A stretch of 64,000 nucleotides of DNA from the NCBI GenBank assembly GCA_965242695.1, contig CBDESU010000001.1:1856001-1920000 (forward strand). Direction: 5' to 3'. Origin of the DNA: Cenarchaeum sp. GTDB taxonomy: Archaea > Thermoproteota > Nitrososphaeria > Nitrososphaerales > Nitrosopumilaceae. Shown here in pieces: positions 38,178 through 47,159 of this stretch (its first letter is position 1; every line of letters begins with the position of its first letter). Below the pieces are notes generated by a model that was not told where the DNA came from, searched no databases, and saw nothing but the letters and a program-made list of their open reading frames with translations. The translations under genes and the position numbers were made by a program.

Positions 38178-39662
38178 CTACGCGCCGGCGAGCAGCTCGC
38201 GGTAGAGCCTCACGGCCTCGTCGCCGTCCCTCGTCCCGACGACGACGGCCGAGCCGTGCTTCATTATATTCACCGAAAAGTCGTCCGAGCGGACGGACAG
38301 GCCCATGTCGCCGAGCGGCTCGACGATCAGGCCGCGCCGCCGCGCGACATCGGCCGCCGCCTCAAGGTCGGCTACGTGGCCGGCCCCGTTGCCGTTACCG
38401 CCGGCAGGGGCGCCGGCCGCCCCCGCCGCCGTCGGCGTAAGCGAGAACGTCCGGCGCCCGCCGTTGCGCCCGCACAGCTCCTCGACGACGAACGAGCCGC
38501 CGCCTGCGGCGACCGCAACGGCCGCCTGCGGCTGCGCCTGCGGCTCGGCGGCGGCCGCTTCCGCGGCCCCGCTCCCGCACACGGGGCACTCTTCGGCCCG
38601 AAACGTGCGCGTGTACGAAAAGTCGAGGTGCTCTAGGTCTACGTGCAGTATGCGCCCCGACAGGGACGGCTCCTGCCCGACCATGATCTTGGCGGCCTCG
38701 GACGCCTCTATCCCGCCGATTATGGACAGTATGGGAGGGTGCACCCCCTCTATAGAGCACGTCGGCATCGACTCCTCGTCGAGCTGCGGGAACATGCAGT
38801 GGTAGCACGCCGACCTGCCCGGCATCACGGTAAACGCCTGGCCCGAGACCCCGACGGCGGCGCCCGTCACAAACGGCACGCCGGCGGCAACGCATGCCCT
38901 GTTCAGGGCGTACCGCGCGGCGACGCTGTCGAGGGCGTCGACTACGACGTCGCACCCGGCGATCACGTCGGCCGCGTTGTGGTCGCCGACCGACACGGGC
39001 AGCGGCTCGACGCGCACGCCCGAGTTCATCGCCCGCAGGCGCTCGGCGGCCGCCTCTACCTTTACGCGCCCCACGTCCGACTCGCCAAACAGCGTCTGCC
39101 TGTGCAGGTTCGACAGCTCTACGACGTCGCGGTCGACTATGCGCAGCGTGCCGACCCCCATGCCGGCCATTCGGGAGGCTATCGGGCTGCCGAGGCCGCC
39201 CGAGCCGACGATGCAGACGCTCGCGGCCGCCAGCCTCTGCTGCCCGCCGTACCCGATCTGCTCGAGCATGACCTGCCGCGAGTACCTGTCCAGGTCGCGC
39301 GCCGACAGGTCGGCCGGCTTCGCCCCCTCCGGGCCCGCATCCTGGCCGCCTGCCACCGCCGGCAGCACGTACACCTCGTCGCCGGCCGAGACCCCTACGT
39401 CCATGCCGCCCGAGAACTGGGCGTTCTTGCCGTTGACGTACACGTTGATCATTGCGCGCGGCGTAGCGCCGTCCGGCTCTAGCACGCGCCGCCCAAAGTC
39501 CTCGCCCATCATCGAGCAGAGCCGCAAAAACGCCTCGCCGAGCGTCCCCTTTTCGCCGACGGCCACGTCTACGATCTTTTCGCCGCCGCCTGCGTTGAGG
39601 ACGGACGGGATGGTGAACTTTACGACCGGGGCGCCGCCTCCGCCGCCCTCCGCTTCCGGCAT
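38178..39662 (-). CDS. ThiS/MoaD (SAMP)-ThiF/MoeB adenylyltransferase fusion
   Basis: Ubiquitin-like domain ending LPAVAGG, then RYSRQ, GSGGLG, SNLHRQ, CYHC, CPVC. Confidence 0.9.
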   Translation of the reverse strand: MPEAEGGGGGAPVVKFTIPSVLNAGGGEKIVDVAVGEKGTLGEAFLRLCSMMGEDFGRRVLEPDGATPRAMINVYVNGKNAQFSGGMDVGVSAGDEVYVLPAVAGGQDAGPEGAKPADLSARDLDRYSRQVMLEQIGYGGQQRLAAASVCIVGSGGLGSPIASRMAGMGVGTLRIVDRDVVELSNLHRQTLFGESDVGRVKVEAAAERLRAMNSGVRVEPLPVSVGDHNAADVIAGCDVVVDALDSVAARYALNRACVAAGVPFVTGAAVGVSGQAFTVMPGRSACYHCMFPQLDEESMPTCSIEGVHPPILSIIGGIEASEAAKIMVGQEPSLSGRILHVDLEHLDFSYTRTFRAEECPVCGSGAAEAAAAEPQAQPQAAVAVAAGGGSFVVEELCGRNGGRRTFSLTPTAAGAAGAPAGGNGNGAGHVADLEAAADVARRRGLIVEPLGDMGLSVRSDDFSVNIMKHGSAVVVGTRDGDEAVRLYRELLAGA

Positions 39663-40895
39663 CTAGTGCACCTCCGCCATGATCTTGTCGGCGTCGGCCT
39701 TTACGACCTCTGGGCGCGGCAGTATCCCCATGAGCGGGTCGACGGCTTTTAGCCCGTTGCCGGTCACGTAGCAGACGACGGTGTCCGACCTGTCGACCAT
39801 CCCCTCGTCGACCATCTGCCGCAGGACGGCGACGGCCACGCCGCCGGCCGGCTCTGTGAATATGCCCTCGGTCCGGGCCAGCAGGAGTATCGCGTCGAGT
39901 ATCTCGCTGTCGGACGCATCGGACGCATGCCCCGAGTACTGCTTCATCCGGCCGAGGACGTACCTGCCGTCGCCGGGGTCGCCGATGGCCAGGCTCTTTG
40001 CGACCGTCTCGGGCCTCTCGACGGGGGCGACGGTCCTTGACCCCGACCGGAAGGCGTCCACGACGGGCGCGCAGCCGCGCGGCTGCGCTGCGGCCACGCG
40101 CATCGACTCTACGCCGGATGCGTCAAGGAGCGAGGCGCCGGCGAGCTCTTCGAACCCCTTGCACATGGCGTTGAGCATCGCCCCGCTGCCGACGGGCACT
40201 ATGATCTGGTCGGGCGCCTGCCAGCCGAGCTGCTCGGCCGCCTCGTATGCGAGCGTCTTTGATCCCTCCACGTAGTAGGAGCGCATGTTGATGTTTACGA
40301 TGCCGATGCCGCGCGCATCGCCGACGCGCGCCGCTATGCGGTTCGCATCGTCGTACGTGCCGTCGATGGCCACAAAGTTGGCCCCGTACGAGAGCGCCTG
40401 CGCAATCTTTGGCGTCTCGATGTCGCCGGGCGCGAACACGTGGCACGGCAGGCCGCCTCGCGCCGCGTGAGCGGCCGTGGCCGACGCGAGGTTGCCCGTA
40501 GAGGCGCACCCTACCGACGACAGGCCGAGCTCGCGCGACTTTGAGACGGCCACGCCGGCGGGCCTGTCCTTGAACGAGAACGTGGGGTTTACAGAGTCGT
40601 TCTTGACGTAGAGGCTAGACAGGCCGAGCTCTTCGCCGAGCCTCTCGGCGCGGATCAGCGGCGTCATGCCCGCCCCGATGTCGACGATGTTTGAGCGGTC
40701 CATGATCGGGAGCATCTCAAAGTACCGCCAGTACGTGTGCGGCCGCCCCTCGAACGAGGCAGGCGAGAGGCGCGGGACGCCCTCGTACGCGACGTCGAGC
40801 GGCCCAAAGCACTCTGGGCAGACGTAGCGGAACTCGGGGGCCGCCGTCCGCCCGCACTCCCTGCACTTTAGCACGATGCTGCGCTCCATGCCCAT
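39663..40895 (-). CDS. thrC: Threonine synthase
   Basis: Zn ribbon, NPTFSFKDR, CASTGN, PVGSG, EPAGG, TGNGLK. Confidence 0.9.
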   Translation of the reverse strand: MGMERSIVLKCRECGRTAAPEFRYVCPECFGPLDVAYEGVPRLSPASFEGRPHTYWRYFEMLPIMDRSNIVDIGAGMTPLIRAERLGEELGLSSLYVKNDSVNPTFSFKDRPAGVAVSKSRELGLSSVGCASTGNLASATAAHAARGGLPCHVFAPGDIETPKIAQALSYGANFVAIDGTYDDANRIAARVGDARGIGIVNINMRSYYVEGSKTLAYEAAEQLGWQAPDQIIVPVGSGAMLNAMCKGFEELAGASLLDASGVESMRVAAAQPRGCAPVVDAFRSGSRTVAPVERPETVAKSLAIGDPGDGRYVLGRMKQYSGHASDASDSEILDAILLLARTEGIFTEPAGGVAVAVLRQMVDEGMVDRSDTVVCYVTGNGLKAVDPLMGILPRPEVVKADADKIMAEVH

Positions 40896-40934
40896 CCCCA
40901 ACCTGTATGGGGTTGATAAAGCGTCCTAATATCA

Positions 40935-40953
40935 AGTTAAGCGTGGCTTAACT
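40935..40953. promoter_or_regulatory. Perfect inverted repeat AGTTAAGC-gtg-GCTTAACT upstream of the thrC promoter
   Basis: 8-bp arms, AT-rich, ~15 nt from the TTTATC box. Confidence 0.5.
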
Positions 40954-40955
40954 GT

Positions 40956-41603
40956 GGCGGGCGGGGGATCGAGGCGGGCGTGGAGGGCGCAGGGGAGGGC
41001 CCGCAGGGGGGAGGCTTGCGGCCCGTCGGGCCGTCGGGCGTGCAGTGGCCGACAGGCAGGCCAGGCCGAGGCCCGTCAGGCGCGGCGGCGCCAGGTGGGC
41101 CGCATGTCCCGTCCCTCTCCCTTCTTGCGCGGCCACGGCACTCGACAACCCATGCAGGCGCCCACGAGATCGCCGAAGCATCAGCGGCGGCATGGCCAGT
41201 CGCTGCGCCGCCGCTGCACGGACAGCCCACATAGGCGCCCAGCGACTCTCGGCATGGGCCTCCTAGGCGCGCGGACACAGTGGCGGGCGAAGGGAACGGC
41301 CGGGTGCCGATGTACCTCGGCATGGGACTGGACACATGCCGAGCTCGCAATCCCCGCGGCCAAGTGCGCACCAGGCGCAACATTGCCGCGGTACCCACCC
41401 CGCGAGGCATCGATCCTCGAGGATGCCGGTGCGATCGCCTCGCGCCCACCCCCTGCAACTCGCCCTCTTCCGGCGACGCTGCGAGTGCAGGGGCGGCGGC
41501 GCAGGGGCGCCCCGGCGCATCCCTGCCCTGCTAGGCCCGTCCATCCCGCTCTGAAATCCACCGCAGGCCTGCCGGCCAAGAGCCGGTTCGGCCTTTCGAG
41601 GCC
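40956..41603 (+). ncRNA. Candidate large structured ncRNA (or MITE-like element)
   Basis: At least 6 consecutive hairpins, a long-range closing helix and a UUCG-capped stem; no credible ORF. Confidence 0.35.
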
Positions 41604-41708
41604 GCCCTGATGCAGGCGGATATGACGCCGTCAGGCGGGCGCATGCAGGAGGCCGCTCCGGAAGGGGCCGCAATTCTCAGGCCCGCCGCCGATCAGCTCC
41701 CCGTAGCG

Positions 41709-42380
41709 CTACGTTGTGATGATCCCCTTGTCGACGAGAGAGTCCGCCAAGCGCCTCCTAGCTTCTGGATCCCGGTACCTGTCGTCCATTCCAGTGAGCT
41801 CGGCGGTCCCGGAATATGCGTCGGAGACGAGAAACAGAAACTCGTCGGCATCGACTCCGTCGTAGACGTGCCTTACGAAGCTGGCCGCGCCGGCAAGGCC
41901 CTTCATTCTGACGGTCCCGGAGACCATCGCCTCGTAGGCGTGGCGACCCTCCGTGGTAAGGCACACCCCTCCGTGCCGGCCGACCTCGTATGCGCCCTCG
42001 TGTCGGAGCGGCTCAAGGGATGCCCTCTGCAGGCCAGGCGAGTGCGGGCCGCCAGGGTGCGGCTCGAACCGGAAGAGCGCCTCTAGCCCCGGGTCGACCT
42101 TTGTCAGCATGTACATCTCCCTTTGCAGGTGCCCGGAAGACGGGACGGGGCCGCTGCCCGATCCAAGTAGCAGTATGATCATTCGCTCTAGATCTTCCAG
42201 GTCGGCCTCGTCCTCGGGCAGCGTATCTAGCAGGCCCTGGGAGGAGCCGATGCGGGCGGCCGAGGCAGAGGCCGAGACGGGAAGATCCTCGCCGCCGCGT
42301 AACAGGCCGGACGGAGGCCGGAGAGATGAGGCGGCGTTGAAATCGGCCCGATGTGCAAGCCCGCCAAGGTGCCGCGACAT
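41709..42380 (-). CDS. YwgA/Panacea-like winged-helix protein
   Basis: IILLLG...HLQREMYML...FRFEPHPGGPHS...LTTEGR. Confidence 0.6.
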   Translation of the reverse strand: MSRHLGGLAHRADFNAASSLRPPSGLLRGGEDLPVSASASAARIGSSQGLLDTLPEDEADLEDLERMIILLLGSGSGPVPSSGHLQREMYMLTKVDPGLEALFRFEPHPGGPHSPGLQRASLEPLRHEGAYEVGRHGGVCLTTEGRHAYEAMVSGTVRMKGLAGAASFVRHVYDGVDADEFLFLVSDAYSGTAELTGMDDRYRDPEARRRLADSLVDKGIITT

Positions 42381-42524
42381 GCCCTGCGGCGCACCGCCGC
42401 CTTAATGTCCCTTGTCCGACGAGTGTGCCGGACGCCAAAAACCGCGCATTCGAGGATGCCGCCGCTCCTGCCGGCGGGCCTGCAGGGTGTGGACGGGGAC
42501 GGCGAAGCGGAGGAATAGTTCGAG

Positions 42525-42598
42525 CGGGTCTAGAGGGATTCGAACCCTCGACAGCCGGATTAAGAGTCCGGTGCTCTACCTGGCTAAGCCATAGACCC
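42525..42598 (-). tRNA. tRNA-Lys(CTT)
   Basis: GGGTCTA/TAGACCC acceptor, CCGGA-CTCTTAA-TCCGG anticodon arm, GGTTCGAATCC; TTTATAA promoter. Confidence 0.95.
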
Positions 42599-43022
42599 GG
42601 AGTGCGGTGCGGAGCCGGCCATTATAAACGGTGGGAGCCGGCCGCATCGCCGGCCCCTTGGCTGAGGATCCCACTGGGGCCGGTGCGCGCCCCGCCCGCA
42701 TCGGGGCGGACATGGATCCGGCCCCTGCGCGCCGCGGGGCGCCGCCTGGCCGCGGGGAAGTAGGCGCAGATGCATGCGCGTCCTCCGGCGGCAGGAGCGC
42801 GCCGCGGGGTCGGCGCGGAAAGGCCGCCACCATCCGCGGCCCGAGCATCCCAAGGCGGCCGTGAAGGAAGGGGCAGCCTGCCGGTCTGGCATCGGCATGC
42901 CCCCTCAGGGATCGGCTGGCGGGTGGAGGGGGCGCACCATCAGCATGCTGGAGCGTTCCGTCGCGATCCCGGCGGATGATGGTGGAGAAGGCGCGGTGAT
43001 TCAAGGCGCCGCCATGCGCCGG

Positions 43023-43880
43023 CTAGCCCGCCTGCGCGGACGCGCGCCCTGCCTGCGCGGCGGCAGCCCCGCCTGCGGACTGCCGAAGCCGCTCCGCATC
43101 TGCGGCCAAGGCGTCAAAGTAGGCCTTGTCCTTCTTGGACTGCTCGATAAACCATGCCGCCTCGCGCCACACTCTCCTCATGTGCCTGCGGTGCTCTTTG
43201 AGCCCCTTTGCCGTGACGCGGTAGATGTCAAACTGGCGGCGCCCATCCTCGCTCTTGTGGAGCAGCTCGATCTCACCTGCCTCGACTGCCTCGCGCACGC
43301 ACTCTTCAGTGTCGTAGCCGGACCGCCGCGCGACGTAGTCGATCTGCCCGACATCGACATCGTCGCACCCCCCGCAGGCCACGACCGCGGCGTGCACGTA
43401 CGGCTCCTCGTCGACAACCAAGGCTGACGGTTCGCTTGACGAGTCCCGCGCGGACGCGCGCCCTGCCTGCGCGGCGGCAGCCCCGCCTGCGGACTGCCGA
43501 AGCCGCTCCTCCTCTGCATCCATGGCGGCAAACTCAGCATCGACCGCTCTGAACCACGGGGCCAGCTCTTCCGCCTCGCGCCAGACCCGCCTCATATGCC
43601 TGCGGTGCTCGCCGAGCCCCTTTGGCGTGACGCGGTAGATGTCAAACTGACGGCGCCCGTCCCCGCTCTTGTGGAACGGCTCGATCTCGTCTGCCTTGAC
43701 GGCTACGTGCACGCACTCTTCAGTGTCGTAGCCGGACCGCCGCGCGACGTAGTCGATCTGCCCGACATCGACAAGATCGTTACCCCCGCAGGCCACGATC
43801 GCGGCGTGCACGTACGGCTCCTCGTCGACAACCAAGGCCGGCGGCTCACTCGACGAGTCCCGCGCGACTGTACCGCTCAT
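43023..43880 (-). CDS. Hypothetical protein made of two ~138-aa winged-helix-like units
   Basis: 414-bp internal duplication; YRVTPKG / YRVTAKG wing motifs. Confidence 0.7.
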   Translation of the reverse strand: MSGTVARDSSSEPPALVVDEEPYVHAAIVACGGNDLVDVGQIDYVARRSGYDTEECVHVAVKADEIEPFHKSGDGRRQFDIYRVTPKGLGEHRRHMRRVWREAEELAPWFRAVDAEFAAMDAEEERLRQSAGGAAAAQAGRASARDSSSEPSALVVDEEPYVHAAVVACGGCDDVDVGQIDYVARRSGYDTEECVREAVEAGEIELLHKSEDGRRQFDIYRVTAKGLKEHRRHMRRVWREAAWFIEQSKKDKAYFDALAADAERLRQSAGGAAAAQAGRASAQAG

Positions 43881-44724
43881 GCATGTCCAACCTCCAACGC
43901 CTGCGCTTGTCAAACAGGGCTATTTTAATGTGATCGGGCGCCGGAATCGGGCAGCCGGCGTGGACGTGGACCTCGCCCTCGCCTGCGTATGACCCGTCCT
44001 TTTCGGCGCCAAACTGCTCTAGCAGGCTGTTCGTGTTGCGCGGGTACGACGAGTAGCGGACGGGCTGCATCCAGCCGCGAAGTGCCACCGTCTTGTATGC
44101 AACCTTGGCAGCCACCCTCCTGCCCAGGAATGGGTTGGATTTCCCGACCGTCATGGGCACCCTGTCCTGTGGGTCGCCCGCCCTCCGCCACCGCCCAACC
44201 AGGTAGTTGTCGATCTCGCCAAGGCTGCCTATGTCGCGGCGGAGCACCGTAATGCCCAGGGCCGCCCTGTAGAGCGCGACGTTGAACCCCTCCAGCTGCT
44301 CTGCGCACGGCTTCCATCGACCATAGACAGGGGCGCCTGCCAGATCGACTATGGTGCCGTTCTTCATGCACGAGCTGACAATGGCGTCGGACGTGCGGTA
44401 GTCAAGGGACTCCAGTGCCGCGTTGAACTTTAGGGCAAACGGTGCGAATGCAGGCTGCGAGTCGGCCAGACTGCGAAGGTTCCTGCCAAGCGGCGCACCC
44501 TCAAAGTCCAGCGCGGGCGCCTTGTTGAAGTTGACCCCGTCCCTGATGGCGTAGTGGTCGGCCCACCCCAGGATGGCCTGCGTGTCAAGCGAGTGCTCGG
44601 CCATGACCGCATGCGCCTCCGGCGAGAACCCGTCGGCGTCGTGCGGCCGCATCTCCGGGCGCCCTCGCAGCGCGGCGCCCGCACCGCCGCCCCGTCCCGA
44701 GCCGTCCACGTTGTCAGTGTCCAT
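43846..44724 (-). CDS. Hypothetical protein, possible ADP-ribosyltransferase-like toxin
   Basis: VLRRDI, PMTVG and YAGEGEVHV in the order expected for R-S-E ARTs. Confidence 0.45.
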   Translation of the reverse strand: MDTDNVDGSGRGGGAGAALRGRPEMRPHDADGFSPEAHAVMAEHSLDTQAILGWADHYAIRDGVNFNKAPALDFEGAPLGRNLRSLADSQPAFAPFALKFNAALESLDYRTSDAIVSSCMKNGTIVDLAGAPVYGRWKPCAEQLEGFNVALYRAALGITVLRRDIGSLGEIDNYLVGRWRRAGDPQDRVPMTVGKSNPFLGRRVAAKVAYKTVALRGWMQPVRYSSYPRNTNSLLEQFGAEKDGSYAGEGEVHVHAGCPIPAPDHIKIALFDKRRRWRLDMHERYSRAGLVE

Positions 44725-44746
44725 GTCGCAAGATTCCCGCAAGGCC

Positions 44747-45352
44747 CTAGCGGGCGCTCGGAGCGACGCGCACCTCGTCGTACTTGTCCAGGATCGAGTT
44801 GAGCACGACCGAGACCGGCACGTTGTTCATGCGCTTCTTCTCGGCGAGCAGCTTTTGGTAGGCATCGAGTGTAATGTACACGGGTATCGAGCCGCTGCCC
44901 TCCAAGAGGCCGCGCACCTTGTAGAGGGCCGTCTCCATGCCGCGCTCGGCAGACTTTGCAAACTTTGCCTTGTCCATTATGGCGCCTAGCGGGCCAAACG
45001 GCATCTCGTAGTCGACCGTCATCGTAACGCGCGTGAGGCCCTCGCCGAGCGCCTCGAACTCGTTGGCGATGCGCCAGTGCTTGAAGGGGCCGTCGATCTG
45101 CTCGGCCGCGATGCGCTCCTCGCGCTCAAACTCGGTCGTGCGGCAGTCCCACTCCAGCCGCTTCCCGCCAAAGTCGCCAATGATCCTAAACGTGGTGCCG
45201 ACGCCCATGCCCTCCTTTATATCCATGGGAATGACCGTCATGCCGACGCCCTTGTCGCTCATCTGGTCCGAGACGTGCTCGGGGCGGGCAAAGTAGGTGA
45301 ATACGGTCGAGATCGGGGCCTTGATCTCTATCGACTTTGTGGCCGTTGCCAA
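44747..45352 (-). CDS. SRPBCC/polyketide cyclase family protein with C-terminal RHH-like tail
   Basis: SIEIKAPISTVFTY, QIDGPFKHW, VDYEMPFGPLG. Confidence 0.85.
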   Translation of the reverse strand: MATATKSIEIKAPISTVFTYFARPEHVSDQMSDKGVGMTVIPMDIKEGMGVGTTFRIIGDFGGKRLEWDCRTTEFEREERIAAEQIDGPFKHWRIANEFEALGEGLTRVTMTVDYEMPFGPLGAIMDKAKFAKSAERGMETALYKVRGLLEGSGSIPVYITLDAYQKLLAEKKRMNNVPVSVVLNSILDKYDEVRVAPSAR

Positions 45353-45780
45353 CGGGCGGCGCCGCCCCGTGTGCGGATTTAAGGGTTTGGAAGGGCGCCC
45401 GCCCGCGCAGGGGCCGCCTGTGCGGGCGGCTGGGCTGGCTGGCAGGCAGGCATCCCGGCACGGGGCGCGCACGGGGCATGCCGCCCGTGCAGGGCGGCGC
45501 GGAGCGATCGCCGTGCGGCGCACGCGGGGGCGGCGCATGGGACGGATGGCAGGCAGGCGCCCGGCAGCCTGTTCAACAGTGCCGGCCGCATACCGCGGCG
45601 ATCTCTTCCCCCCCCTCCCCGCGCAGTCCCCTTGCCCGCCGCACCCAGGACCGCTTCCGGCATCGGCGGCCCGCCCTCCGCCCCCCCCCCCTCCCCCCGC
45701 CCCTCCCCACTAGCGGCCGGCGGGCCGCCTGCCGCCGCCGAGGGCGCAACCTAAAAGGCGGGCGCGTGCGGGGGCGGCGC

Positions 45781-46410
45781 ATGAGGCTGCTCAAGAAGGG
45801 CGCCGAGGGCGACGTGTACGAGACCGCATGGGACGGGCGCAGGGCAGTCCTCAAGGTGCGCAGGCCCAAGCCGTACCGGAACCGCCGCCTGGACGAGTCG
45901 ATCCGCAAGAGGAGGACTGTCCGCGAGGCCGAGATGCTCGTCCTTGCAAAGGCCGCCGGCGTGTCAGCCCCGCTCGTGTACTTTGTCGACCCGCCGGCCG
46001 CCTCGATCACAATGCAGTACGTTGCGGGCCGGCCGGCGCACGGCTTTGCCGGCAGGAGGCTCGCCGCGCTGTGCAGGCACATGGGCAGGGCCGCCGGCAG
46101 GCTGCACAGGGCGGGGATCATGCACGGCGACCTTACGACGTCGAACTTTATCGCGCTCGGCGGCAGGGGCGGCGGCGTTGCAGTCGTCGACTTTGGGCTG
46201 TCCTCGCGCACCGCACGGGACGAGGATCACGCCGTCGACCTGCGGCTGTTCAAGGAGATACTCGGGAGCGCCCACGTCGACGACATGGACGCCGCGTGGC
46301 GCGCGTTCCTTGCGGGGTACGGGCCGGCCGTCGGGGCTGCAAGGAGGGAGAGGATCGAGCGGATCGTGGCAGACATAGAGGCGAGGGGAAGGTATGCCGC
46401 GGTCGTATGA
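45781..46410 (+). CDS. bud32: KEOPS complex kinase Bud32
   Basis: KGAEG, KPYR..LD..IR..RT.RE, HGDLTTSN, DFGL, AVDL, RGRY. Confidence 0.95.
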   Translation: MRLLKKGAEGDVYETAWDGRRAVLKVRRPKPYRNRRLDESIRKRRTVREAEMLVLAKAAGVSAPLVYFVDPPAASITMQYVAGRPAHGFAGRRLAALCRHMGRAAGRLHRAGIMHGDLTTSNFIALGGRGGGVAVVDFGLSSRTARDEDHAVDLRLFKEILGSAHVDDMDAAWRAFLAGYGPAVGAARRERIERIVADIEARGRYAAVV

Positions 46411-47140
46411 GCGGCCGCGGCCGTCGGCCATACTATGGGACTCCGCCGGCGCCCGCTTTCGCGAGTGGACGGCGGCCGATGCCCGCACGGTCCTGTTCGC
46501 CACGTCGAACGAGGACAAGTTCGCCGAGGCGTCGGCGATACTCGCGGGGCTCGGCATCAAATGCGAGATGTTCAGGTGCGAGCTGGAAGAGGTCCAGTCC
46601 ATCGCCCTCCCAGAGATAGCGGCCCGCAAGGCAGGGTTGGCCGCTGCCGCGTGCGGCAGGAAATGGCACGTCATTGCAGAGGACGACGGCCTGTTCGTCG
46701 ATGCGCTGCGCGGCTTTCCCGGGCCCTACGCGGCGTACGTGCACGAGACGATCGGCGCGCCGGCCCTGCGCCGCCTCCTGCCGCGCGGCGCGCCAGCGGC
46801 GGCCTCGTTCACCTCGGCCGTGTCGTACGAGGGGCCGATCCGCAGGGCGATCGCTGGCGGCAGGAGGCGCGAGCGCGAGGAGGGGCGCAGGCTTGGCACG
46901 GGGAGCCGCGGCCGCATCGTGTTCATGGGAGAGGCGAAGGGGACGATTGCGGCGCGGCCGCGCGGATCGGGGTGGGGGTACGACCCCGTGTTCGTCCCGT
47001 CCGGCGGCAAAAGGACGTTTGCCGAGATGGGCGAGGCCGAAAAGAACGAAGTGTCGCACCGGCGCGCTGCGCTGTCCGACTTTGCCGCGTGGTTTGCCGC
47101 CAACGCCGCCCCCTCGCAAAAGGGCCGCGCGGGGCGGTGA
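46394..47140 (+). CDS. rdgB: Non-canonical purine NTP pyrophosphatase (RdgB/HAM1)
   Basis: FATSNEDK, EDDGL...GFPGPY, GWGYDPVF, EKNEVSHR. Confidence 0.9.
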   Translation: MPRSYERPRPSAILWDSAGARFREWTAADARTVLFATSNEDKFAEASAILAGLGIKCEMFRCELEEVQSIALPEIAARKAGLAAAACGRKWHVIAEDDGLFVDALRGFPGPYAAYVHETIGAPALRRLLPRGAPAAASFTSAVSYEGPIRRAIAGGRRREREEGRRLGTGSRGRIVFMGEAKGTIAARPRGSGWGYDPVFVPSGGKRTFAEMGEAEKNEVSHRRAALSDFAAWFAANAAPSQKGRAGR

Positions 47141-47159
47141 GGGCCCCGCGGCGCAGCCG

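Noticed and set aside
38178-39662. Ubiquitin-like/E1 fusion as a new system
   Set aside because: To my knowledge a regular thaumarchaeal gene next to thrC
40956-41680. RNase P RNA, SRP RNA or group II intron identity
   Set aside because: No GAGGAAAGUCC P4 motif, no clean SRP helix-8 motif and no domain V recognised
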